64,000 nucleotides of DNA, taken from Calditrichales bacterium. Its GTDB lineage: Bacteria; Calditrichota; Calditrichia; Calditrichales; J004. A program made the position numbers and the translations under genes. A model generated the notes under the pieces. The model saw only the letters and a program-made list of their open reading frames with translations, ran no database searches and had not been told where the DNA came from. The stretch covers positions 3,200,001 to 3,264,000 of the forward strand of contig OZ254086.1 of NCBI GenBank assembly GCA_965267575.1, given 5' to 3'. The number at the start of each line of letters is the position of its first letter. Position 1 is the stretch's first letter. This document shows, piece after piece, positions 27,882-36,690 of this stretch.

Positions 27882-27937
27882 TTGTTTTTATCAACCGCTT
27901 TGTTCATGTTCTGCCAACCGCCACCAAAAGATCCGAT

Positions 27938-28816
27938 ATGTACTACCTTATTATTGTCTCCGTTATCTGGGCTTTTTCGTTTGGACTCATCAAGGGTCAG
28001 CTTGCCGACCTCGATACGCATTTTGTCTCTTTTGCGCGATTGTTTTTGTCCCTCGTGTTCTTTCTTCCTTTTCTGCGCCTCAGTCTGATCAGGCAAAAAG
28101 GCCTGGAAAAATTGTTGCTTATCGGTGTGGTGCAGTTCGGTTTGATGTACATTCTTTACATTAACGCCTATCCCTTTTTGCAGGCCTGGCAAATTGCTTT
28201 GTTTACGATTCTTACACCGCTTTATGTTGCTCTTATCGCCGATCTGCTGGAGCGTCGCTTCCGTCCGCGTTACCTGCTGGCGGCTTTGCTGGCTATTGCC
28301 GGCGCCGCCATCCTGGTTTTTCGCGAGTGGCAGCATACACAGATGTTTACAGGCTTTTTACTGGTGCAGGCTTCCAATATCTGCTTCGCCTTCGGACAGA
28401 TCTATTATAAGCGCGTCCGGCCCTTATTTGGAATGTTTAAAGACAAAGAGCTGTTTGTCTTTTTGTATGCAGGTGCGGTTTTGATCGCCGGCCTCAATAG
28501 CGCCCTGATGACACCCTGGACTGACATCGATCTGAAAGCCAATCACATATATACGTTATTTTATCTGGGGATAATCGCATCCGGTCTCTGCTTTTTTCTG
28601 TGGAATTTGGGTGCTACAAAAACCAACGCCGGCGTTTTGGCCGTAATGAACAATCTTAAAATACCTCTTGGCGTTCTGTTTGCTTTATTGTTCTTTGGCG
28701 AGTCGGCCGACCTGCTGCGTTTACTGTTCGGCTCTTTGTTAATGCTGGGAGCGTTGGCTGTCGCCTATGCCTGGCCGGTAAGGATGAAGCGTTCATCACA
28801 AACAGAACCTTTGTAA
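27938..28816 (+). CDS. DMT/EamA transporter, YigM(BioP)/MadN-like
   Basis: IWAFSFGLI...FVSFARL...FLPFLR, QFGLMY, LFTILTPLYV, LVQASNICFAFGQ, MNNLKIP, recalled as YigM-type motifs. Confidence 0.8.
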   Translation: MYYLIIVSVIWAFSFGLIKGQLADLDTHFVSFARLFLSLVFFLPFLRLSLIRQKGLEKLLLIGVVQFGLMYILYINAYPFLQAWQIALFTILTPLYVALIADLLERRFRPRYLLAALLAIAGAAILVFREWQHTQMFTGFLLVQASNICFAFGQIYYKRVRPLFGMFKDKELFVFLYAGAVLIAGLNSALMTPWTDIDLKANHIYTLFYLGIIASGLCFFLWNLGATKTNAGVLAVMNNLKIPLGVLFALLFFGESADLLRLLFGSLLMLGALAVAYAWPVRMKRSSQTEPL

Positions 28817-28967
28817 AATCATGCATAGAAATAGTAAAAACGCGTGACCAAATTGTGAGATAAAATGCGTCTTTTAACTGCATGCAAAATACACGTACAC
28901 CAATGAAAAAATTATCTCATTCTAACGTGCTGTATCAATAAGTGAATAAACATACAGGAAAATACCC

Positions 28968-29942
28968 ATGTCCGCTTCTGTATCCAGCAAACAAAACGAG
29001 GTAACCCGAAAAGCCGGTATCGTAGGCATGTACCAGGAAGTGCTGAAGGGGCTGTCCAAAAGTCGCAAAGAGTTGCCCTCCAAATATTTTTATGATGAGC
29101 GCGGTTCGCGCCTGTTTGATGAGATTACCCGTTTGGAGGAGTATTACCCCACCCGCACTGAAACAGAGATCATGCGCCAAAATATGGATGATATGTCCCG
29201 TCATATAGGTAAAGATGTAATGATGATAGAATACGGCAGCGGCAGCAGCGAAAAAACGAAGATTCTGCTGGATCACATTAAGGGGATTGTTGTCTATGTG
29301 CCCATAGATATTTCCTGCCGCTATCTGGCACACACGGCATCGCGGCTGGCAGCAGCCTACCCGCGCCTGGAAGTAAAACCACTCTGCGCCGATTATACGC
29401 TTGATTTTACGTTGCCCGACGCCGGACGCCCCATTTCGCGAAAAATCGTGTTTTATCCCGGTAGCACCATCGGCAATTTCCACCCCGATGAGGCAGTGGC
29501 CTTCCTGAAGCATATTGCAGAAGTTTGCGGAGAAAAGGGCGGCGCGCTGGTCGGCGTTGATCTGAAAAAAGACCCGGCTATTCTGAACGATGCCTATAAT
29601 GACAAAAAGGGCATCACGGCGGAGTTTAACATGAACCAGCTTGTACGCCTGAACCGTGAACTGGGCAGCGATTTTGACCTGGAGGCTTTTGAACATAGGG
29701 CCTTTTACAATGACAAAGAGGGCCGGGTGGAGATGCACATCGTTAGTAAGGCCAACCAGGAAGTAACCATCAACGGCACTGTCATTCCGTTTGAAAAAGG
29801 CGAAACAATCTGGACCGAGTCGTCTTATAAATACACACCTCAGGAATTTGCCGGGCTGGCCGCCAAAGCCGGCTTCGATATCGAAAAGATCTGGACAGAC
29901 AAAAACGAGCTTTTCAGCGTTCAGTTCTTAACTGTCCAGTAA
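28968..29942 (+). CDS. egtD: L-histidine N-alpha-methyltransferase
   Basis: KELPSKYFYDERGS.LF..IT.LEEYYPTR.E, EYGSGS..KT, GSTIGNF, TAEFN, VEMH, TESSYKY. Confidence 0.92.
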   Translation: MSASVSSKQNEVTRKAGIVGMYQEVLKGLSKSRKELPSKYFYDERGSRLFDEITRLEEYYPTRTETEIMRQNMDDMSRHIGKDVMMIEYGSGSSEKTKILLDHIKGIVVYVPIDISCRYLAHTASRLAAAYPRLEVKPLCADYTLDFTLPDAGRPISRKIVFYPGSTIGNFHPDEAVAFLKHIAEVCGEKGGALVGVDLKKDPAILNDAYNDKKGITAEFNMNQLVRLNRELGSDFDLEAFEHRAFYNDKEGRVEMHIVSKANQEVTINGTVIPFEKGETIWTESSYKYTPQEFAGLAAKAGFDIEKIWTDKNELFSVQFLTVQ

Positions 29943-30014
29943 GCGGATAATTGGCGTCGCGTTGTTCAAGGAAGTTTCAAAAGGTTATTGTGATAAATTT
30001 ATTTTTATAAAGAG

Positions 30015-30043
30015 AGGCCGCGCTGTATATTGCGGCCTTTTTT
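30015..30043 (+). terminator. Intrinsic terminator after egtD
   Basis: AGGCCGC-gctgtatatt-GCGGCCT-TTTTT. Confidence 0.7.
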
Positions 30044-30063
30044 GTGCCAAAAGTAGCTGATAT

Positions 30064-30414
30064 ATGATAAAAAACGCGTTGAATCTTACTAACCTTCAAG
30101 CCTGGACAGTACTGTTTTTTGCCGGTCTTTTCGAAATTGCCTGGGCTCTTGGCTTGCGCTATACGCAGGGATTTACCCGGCTTGGCCCTTCGGTTTACAC
30201 CCTACTCACCATGGCTGTAAGTGTGTTTCTGCTATCTTGGGCCGTGCGCTTTCTGCCTGTGGGGACTGCCTACGCCGTATGGACCGGCATCGGCGCCATC
30301 GGTACCGCTATTGGCGGCGTCCTTTTATTTGACGAATCTGCCGACCTGTGGCGCGTTTTCAGCATCTTGCTCATTGTAGCTGGCATTATTGGGCTAAAAT
30401 TGGTAAGCCGGTGA
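30064..30414 (+). CDS. sugE: SMR-family exporter, Gdx/SugE subtype
   Basis: [37 protein letters not shown]. Confidence 0.85.
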   Translation: MIKNALNLTNLQAWTVLFFAGLFEIAWALGLRYTQGFTRLGPSVYTLLTMAVSVFLLSWAVRFLPVGTAYAVWTGIGAIGTAIGGVLLFDESADLWRVFSILLIVAGIIGLKLVSR

Positions 30415-30475
30415 AACTTTCTTGCGGCTTATTGCGAATGACTTTTTTTCACCTTTACTCACGGAGGATTTGCTC

Positions 30476-33004
30476 ATGCATCGATTGATGTATTTGGTTG
30501 TTTTTGTTTTTTGTCTTTTTGGGATATCCACAGCACAGAACGTGGAATTGCTGGCGAATTTTAATGAGCGTTCATATAACGATGTGTGGGGCTATGAAGC
30601 GCCCGATGGTCGTTATTACGCTATTGGTGGTGCCTTCAGCGGTGCGTCGGTTCTCGATGTGACGGACGCCGCCGAGGGAACGATCAATGAGGTAGCCTAT
30701 TTTGAAGGCCCTGCTTCCACCTGGCGCGATATCAAAGTATATAAGCACTATGCTTACCTCGTGAATGATGCCGGTGAGGGGCAGTTGATGATTATCGATC
30801 TCTCCGGAGCTCCGGATAATGTGTCGCTGGTTTCGCAAGACGCGATCGGCAATTACCACAATCTTTACATAGATACGACCACGGCATTGATGTACCTGGC
30901 GAATGCCAGTGGCAGCGGCGAGACGATTATTATGTCACTGGAAGACCCTGAAAACCCTGTGTATGTGAACGAATTTGGCACAGAGACGCATGATGTTTTT
31001 GTGCGAGACGGACTTGCCTTTACCGCCGAAGGACGCAAACGCACGGTCGGCATTTATGATGTTTCCAACCCGCAATCCGTAACAGAGGTGACAAAGCTGC
31101 CCATCCCGGACCCGGGCTACGTGCACAACACCTGGACAAATTCCAATAACACAATTCTTGTAACCACAGAGGAAACCTCCTACAAAACCATCAAGATTTG
31201 GGATATCAGCGATCTGGAAAACATAGAGCTGCTTTCGGAACACATTGGTCCCAGCTACCTGGCTCACAATGCCCACATTGAAGGCGATTTCGTTTATGTA
31301 TCGCATTATAGCGCCGGACTGGTCGTTATTGATATCACCGATCCTGACCGAAGCGGTATCGTAGGGCTTTATGATACTTTTCCCGCCCACAACACTCCCG
31401 GTTTTTCCGGCAACTGGGGCGTTTATCCGCACAGCACATCGGGCAATATCTACCTCAGTGACGGCAGCACAGGTATGCACGTCGTAAAGTTTAACGGGCA
31501 GCGCATTCACTATTTCTCCGGAAAAATGGAGAACGCGGCTAACCAGGATCCCATTGCCGGCGGCCGCATTGATGTGGGGGAGACCCAGCAGGTTTTTTAT
31601 AGCGACTTTGACGGCAGCTATGGTTTTGGCTACGGTCTGGCCGATTCCGTTTTCTTTACGGCCGGGGCTTTTGGTTACTTGCCCATGGACTTTAAAAAGG
31701 AAATTATAAGCGGGAAGGATGAGGAACTGACCATCTCGCTGACACCGTCCCCGCTCAGCGATCTTACCGGTATCATACGCAATGAAAACGGAGACCCTAT
31801 AGCCAACGCCCGCGTCAGGGTTACGGTAACCAGTCATTACCTGGAAGCAAACCTCACCTATGAAACATACAGCGATGAAAACGGTGAGTACGTTTTCGAA
31901 GACCTGCCCGTAAGCAATGGACGCAGCGCAGCTTATATTGATCTGATAGTAGATCAGGCCTATCCGTATAGCTCTTTTACTCAAAGTTCGATAGACGTGC
32001 TGGATCAGGCCGAAACGGTCATCGATGTTGAATTGCAGCAGGCCGGTGTTCTTGTTGTAAATCTTGATCCGGCCAATGATTACACCTCGTTTATTGAAAC
32101 CAGTCTTGCAGAACTGGGAAAAACGATGGTAGTGAGCGACGCTTCAAACGGCCTGGAAAGCCTTTCCACCACCGATTTTGGCCTGGTAAAAGAAAATTAT
32201 ATGATTGTAATCAGCGGTGACGCGCAGGATAATTTTGTAACGCGCTCTTTCCTGGATACACTGCGAGCCTACGTCGAAGAGGGTGGCAATGTGATTATGA
32301 GCGGGCAAAACCTGGCCCAATATCTTAGCGCAAACGAGCAGGATTATCTTGAGGATTGGCTGGGCATCAGCTACGTGGATAACAGCGGGTTGAAAATGCT
32401 GGGCGGCGTGCCGGGCACATCAATCGGGGAAAGCATAAACCGCCTGGGACTGCTGGAAACGGAATCGGCAGGCAACCAGATCTCACCCGATATCATGATG
32501 ACCCTGGATAGCAGCAGAACCATTCCGGTTATGAAATATTGGGGCTCGGATAATGAGTACGGTGCCTTTGGCATTGGCTTTGGCGAAGGGCAGGGCCGTG
32601 TATTTTTTGCCGGCTTTGGCCTGGAAGGCGTTTCCACCGGCAGCGGCGCGTTTACCAACCGTACCGGATTAATTGAACTGGTAACAGACTGGTTCGAAGG
32701 TCCGTTGACGGATATAAGAGCGCCACAAAACCAAACCGTACGCAGTTTCGAATTGCAGCAGAATTACCCGAATCCGTTCAACCCTTCCACCACCATACGC
32801 TACGCGCTTCCTAACGCCAGTGAAGTATCACTTGCCATTTATACAATCACCGGCAAAAAAGTGACGCAACTGCAAAGCGGGACAAAAGAAGCGGGAACAC
32901 ACAGCGTGCGCTTCGACGCATCCGGCTTGGCTTCGGGCATCTATTTCTACGTGCTGGAAGCGGGCGCCTTTAAAGCGACAAAAAGAATGGTATTAATTCG
33001 TTAA
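30476..33004 (+). CDS. Secreted LVIVD-repeat (choice-of-anchor B-like) protein with Ig-like domains and C-terminal sorting domain
   Basis: NDVWGY, WRDIKVY, HN/HD blade motifs, WGVYP; LQQNYPNPFNP...KRMVLIR. ATG 30476 with GGAGG. Confidence 0.82.
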   Translation: MHRLMYLVVFVFCLFGISTAQNVELLANFNERSYNDVWGYEAPDGRYYAIGGAFSGASVLDVTDAAEGTINEVAYFEGPASTWRDIKVYKHYAYLVNDAGEGQLMIIDLSGAPDNVSLVSQDAIGNYHNLYIDTTTALMYLANASGSGETIIMSLEDPENPVYVNEFGTETHDVFVRDGLAFTAEGRKRTVGIYDVSNPQSVTEVTKLPIPDPGYVHNTWTNSNNTILVTTEETSYKTIKIWDISDLENIELLSEHIGPSYLAHNAHIEGDFVYVSHYSAGLVVIDITDPDRSGIVGLYDTFPAHNTPGFSGNWGVYPHSTSGNIYLSDGSTGMHVVKFNGQRIHYFSGKMENAANQDPIAGGRIDVGETQQVFYSDFDGSYGFGYGLADSVFFTAGAFGYLPMDFKKEIISGKDEELTISLTPSPLSDLTGIIRNENGDPIANARVRVTVTSHYLEANLTYETYSDENGEYVFEDLPVSNGRSAAYIDLIVDQAYPYSSFTQSSIDVLDQAETVIDVELQQAGVLVVNLDPANDYTSFIETSLAELGKTMVVSDASNGLESLSTTDFGLVKENYMIVISGDAQDNFVTRSFLDTLRAYVEEGGNVIMSGQNLAQYLSANEQDYLEDWLGISYVDNSGLKMLGGVPGTSIGESINRLGLLETESAGNQISPDIMMTLDSSRTIPVMKYWGSDNEYGAFGIGFGEGQGRVFFAGFGLEGVSTGSGAFTNRTGLIELVTDWFEGPLTDIRAPQNQTVRSFELQQNYPNPFNPSTTIRYALPNASEVSLAIYTITGKKVTQLQSGTKEAGTHSVRFDASGLASGIYFYVLEAGAFKATKRMVLIR

Positions 33005-33013
33005 GGAAAAAAT

Positions 33014-34393
33014 ATGTTTAAATGGATTGTTTTTCTGGCGCTTCTGGTTTTTGGGGTATCCGGCTGCAGTGAAGACGAAAGCAGCGAGCCGCAAGCGATT
33101 GACTACGGGGCTATCAACGAGATCAGCTATTCGGACCACGTACAGCCGCTGTTAAATGAGATCAGCGATTTTATGAGGCAGACCGCTGTTTACCCGCAAG
33201 GGCTGGATGCTTCTTCCTGGAACGGCCTTATCCGGGGCTATGAAGGCGGCGAGGTGATCATCCCGTTTGCTGCCGAAAACAGCCTGCTTTATGAGATGCT
33301 TACAAAGATCGAGTTTTCGATTGCAGGGCCGGACAGTATAAAAACCGCTTTCCTGAAACGCTGGATTAATGAAGGCGCGCGGAACGATGCCGGAGAGATT
33401 CCTTACGCAAACAGCAGCGACCTGGTTTACGTCTGCAACCAGGGTGACGCCAGTGTTTCGGTGATCGACGCGCAGGCGCAGCTGGTTATCCGGCGCATTG
33501 ACCTGCAGGAACTGGGCTATTCGGCAAGCGCCAAACCGCACCACATTGCCGTGGAAGCCGACGGCAGCGCCTGGTACGTCAGCCTGATCGGTGAAAACAG
33601 AGTGCTCAAATTCAACCGCGCCAACGAAATGCTGGGATCGGTTGAGACACAGGTGCCCGGACTGCTCTATATACATCCCACAAGCAGCAAGCTTTACGTT
33701 GGCCGCTCCATGTCCGCCGTAAATCCGCCTTCGTCCATCGCCGTGGTTAACCGCGATCAGATGACGCTAATGACGGAAATCCCGCTGGTGTTTGACAGGC
33801 CCCACGCGCTGTTGGCACAATCCAACGGCAAATATCTCTTTTCGGCCAGCCTGGCCGAGAACCGGATCGCCATAATCGATGCGGCGACGGATGAAGTGGA
33901 AGATTACTTTACCGACGACGGTGAGCCGTTTGTTTATGTCCATTTTTCGGAGTCTGCCGATAACAGCAAACTTTACGCGACGGGGCAGGTAAGCAACAAG
34001 CTGCACATTTACAATGTTTCCGGTGCCGGCGAAATCAGCGTTGCCAATACGGTTGATGCGGATATGGCGCCGTGGCATCCGCTGACGCTGGCCGATGGCA
34101 GTGTTGTCTTTGGCAACCAGAAATCCAATACGGTCAGCATCGTTGACCCGGGCATGGCCACAATCAGCAAAACGATCAGCGGCAACGGATTATCGATGCC
34201 TCACGGCAGCGCCATCAGCAACGACGGGCGCTATCTGTTTATCTCCAATCGCAACATCAGCGGCGGCTACACACCGCGCTATCCGTTTGATGCTGCCGCG
34301 GAAACGGGAACCGTAGCGGTGATTGACCTGCAGACGCAGAGCCTGGTAAAAGTGCTGGAAATCGGCGCGCAACCCAGCGGCATGGGAGGGTGA
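33014..34393 (+). CDS. Lipoprotein: cytochrome-c-like N-domain without CxxCH + YncE/YVTN beta-propeller
   Basis: Lipobox VSGC; ISYSDHVQPLL...VIIPFAAENSLL...RWINEGARND; YVCNQG..SVSVID, KPHH, PHA, PWH, PHG. Confidence 0.8.
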   Translation: MFKWIVFLALLVFGVSGCSEDESSEPQAIDYGAINEISYSDHVQPLLNEISDFMRQTAVYPQGLDASSWNGLIRGYEGGEVIIPFAAENSLLYEMLTKIEFSIAGPDSIKTAFLKRWINEGARNDAGEIPYANSSDLVYVCNQGDASVSVIDAQAQLVIRRIDLQELGYSASAKPHHIAVEADGSAWYVSLIGENRVLKFNRANEMLGSVETQVPGLLYIHPTSSKLYVGRSMSAVNPPSSIAVVNRDQMTLMTEIPLVFDRPHALLAQSNGKYLFSASLAENRIAIIDAATDEVEDYFTDDGEPFVYVHFSESADNSKLYATGQVSNKLHIYNVSGAGEISVANTVDADMAPWHPLTLADGSVVFGNQKSNTVSIVDPGMATISKTISGNGLSMPHGSAISNDGRYLFISNRNISGGYTPRYPFDAAAETGTVAVIDLQTQSLVKVLEIGAQPSGMGG

Positions 34394-34397
34394 TCTT

Positions 34398-36482
34398 TTG
34401 CGACTAACCGTCGTCTTTTTTGTCATTCTTTTTGGGGTTGTCCTTTCATGGGGGCAACCCTTTTCCTTTTTGCGGGAAATCCGGCCTTTTGACCTGCGTA
34501 ATCCAGGCGGCAAAGCTTTTGAACGTCCCTTTCTGGGCGGCTACAACACACCGCGTCCCCAGTTTGTGGATATAGATGATGATGGCGATGACGATCTGTT
34601 TGTGCAGGAAAGCGACGGCATTGTAAGCTTTTTTGAAAACACAGGTACCCCGCAATCGGCCCAATGGCAATGGCGTACGGACGATTGGTTTGAGGACGAC
34701 ATCGGCGCCTGGTTCGCGATCGCTGACGTTAATGATGACAACACGCTCGATTTTCTGTGCCAGGGCAATGGCCTTACCATGCGCTATTACGAAGGCGACG
34801 GGCAGGGCGGGTTTACACTGCAAGCCGATACGCTTTACGACACGCAGCAAAACGCCATATTACCTGAACTGCAAACGACGCCGGTTTTTCATGATATCGA
34901 TTGCGACGGGGACCAGGATCTTTTTCTGGGCAGGCAAACCGGCAGCATCACTTTTTACGAAAACATCGGGGCGCAGGCCGGAACTCCACGGTTCCGGTTT
35001 GTTACCGACAGCTGGCAGGATATTCTGATCATTGGCGGCGGCCTGTTTCGTGGAAATGAATTGCACGGCGCCAACAACATCGCTTTTGCCGATCTTGAGG
35101 GCAGTTCCGCAACGGAGATGCTGTTTGGTGATTTTTTCTCGCGCAGCCTCTACTATTTTGTGAACAACGGCAGCTGTTCGGATAATGATCTGGAGTTAAC
35201 GGCAACGGGCTATCCGCCACCGGACACGCTGGCAACCGCCGGCTTCAACACGCCGCGCCTCACTGACATCGATGGCGATGGCGACGCCGATCTTTTTGTT
35301 ACGGTGCTGGGCGGATTCTATTCTTCCACGCTCAACGTGGTGGACAATTTTATGTATTATCGCAATGAAGGCAGCAGCAGCCAGGCTGCTTTTTCGCGAC
35401 AAACAAGCAATTACCTGGATCAGTGGGACGGCAGTGAACAGAGCATTCCCACGTTGGCGGATATTGATGATGACGGCGATCCAGACTTGTTTGTAGGCAT
35501 GCGCAACTACCAGACCCAAAGTGCGGCATCCGGACGGCTCTATTTTTTTGAAAACCGCGGCACAGCACAACAGCCCGATTTTTTTCTCGCCGACAGCGAA
35601 TATGTGGTTGTGGACGGCGCCTATCATTACGCGCCGGCCTTTGCCGATTTTGACGGCGATGACGATCTGGATCTGCTCATGGGGCGGGACAATGGCAAAT
35701 TACTTTATTTTGAAAACACGGGGACAGCGCAAAACGCCAATTTGGTCCTGCGCAGCAAAACCTTCGCCGATATAGATGTTGGCGCGAATGCAACACCGCT
35801 TGTTGTGGATATGGACGGTGATGGATTAGATGATCTGCTGATTGGCGAATTCTCAGGTAATATCAATTATTATAAAAATGACGGCAACGGCGTTTACACG
35901 TTGATTGACGATGACTTTGGCGGACTTTCCGTGCTCGGTGAAGATTATCTGACCGTGGCGTTGAATGCGCGGACTGATAGTGGCTTAACTCTGTGGGTTG
36001 GCGGGGAAAGCGGCAAGATCTATTTCGTAAACGCCCAGGATGGTGAGGCCGGGATAGAGGAAAGCGGTCTTAAAATCCAGACACGTTCGGCGCCCTTTGC
36101 TTTTGATATTGACGACGATGGTGACAATGATATTATCTGCGGCACCCGTGGCGGAGGGCTGGCTTTTTTCCGCAACCTGGAGGTAAGCTCGCTTGAAGCC
36201 GGCAATACGCCGCTGCCACGGCAGTTTTTCGTCAGCGAAGGCTATCCCAATCCATTTAACGGGACGGTAAGCTTTAAAGTTAGTACTGGCGGCAGACGAT
36301 TTTCGGTACAATTTTTTAATATAAACGGCCGCATTGTTCGTACTGTGGTTTCAATAGAATACGACATGCTGCAATGGGATGGTCGTGATGAGAGCGGAAA
36401 CGAGCTGCCCACAGGTATCTACCTTGTTCGTTTTAAATTGGACAACCATATATATTCCCGAAAAGTAATATACCTTAAATAA
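34398..36482 (+). CDS. Secreted FG-GAP/VCBS repeat protein with C-terminal sorting domain
   Basis: Eight or more P..xDxDxDGDxDL repeats; YPNPFN...RKVIYLK; TTG start. Confidence 0.85.
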   Translation: MRLTVVFFVILFGVVLSWGQPFSFLREIRPFDLRNPGGKAFERPFLGGYNTPRPQFVDIDDDGDDDLFVQESDGIVSFFENTGTPQSAQWQWRTDDWFEDDIGAWFAIADVNDDNTLDFLCQGNGLTMRYYEGDGQGGFTLQADTLYDTQQNAILPELQTTPVFHDIDCDGDQDLFLGRQTGSITFYENIGAQAGTPRFRFVTDSWQDILIIGGGLFRGNELHGANNIAFADLEGSSATEMLFGDFFSRSLYYFVNNGSCSDNDLELTATGYPPPDTLATAGFNTPRLTDIDGDGDADLFVTVLGGFYSSTLNVVDNFMYYRNEGSSSQAAFSRQTSNYLDQWDGSEQSIPTLADIDDDGDPDLFVGMRNYQTQSAASGRLYFFENRGTAQQPDFFLADSEYVVVDGAYHYAPAFADFDGDDDLDLLMGRDNGKLLYFENTGTAQNANLVLRSKTFADIDVGANATPLVVDMDGDGLDDLLIGEFSGNINYYKNDGNGVYTLIDDDFGGLSVLGEDYLTVALNARTDSGLTLWVGGESGKIYFVNAQDGEAGIEESGLKIQTRSAPFAFDIDDDGDNDIICGTRGGGLAFFRNLEVSSLEAGNTPLPRQFFVSEGYPNPFNGTVSFKVSTGGRRFSVQFFNINGRIVRTVVSIEYDMLQWDGRDESGNELPTGIYLVRFKLDNHIYSRKVIYLK

Positions 36483-36690
36483 TCATTTTGCTTTATTAAG
36501 TGTGCTCATACTTTTTGTTGCGTCAGCATTTCAAATGTGTATATTTCCCTACCCCGTCAGCATTTCTTTTTGCACTGACCTTCCAAGGTCGCTTTATTAA
36601 CTAAGTCAAACCAAAAGGGGAGGATTTTTAGTCTTTTAGGGAGCACTTACTTTTTTTTCATATTATCTTTATAAAGCTATAGGAGGCCTT

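Noticed and set aside
27803..27937. Cobalamin/TPP riboswitch or BirA operator before the TonB receptor
   Set aside because: Region is short and AT-rich; none of the conserved boxes or the BirA palindrome is present.
29943..30063. Guanidine riboswitch before the Gdx/SugE gene
   Set aside because: No paired ACGR hairpins or ykkC-type motifs seen; only a plain terminator.
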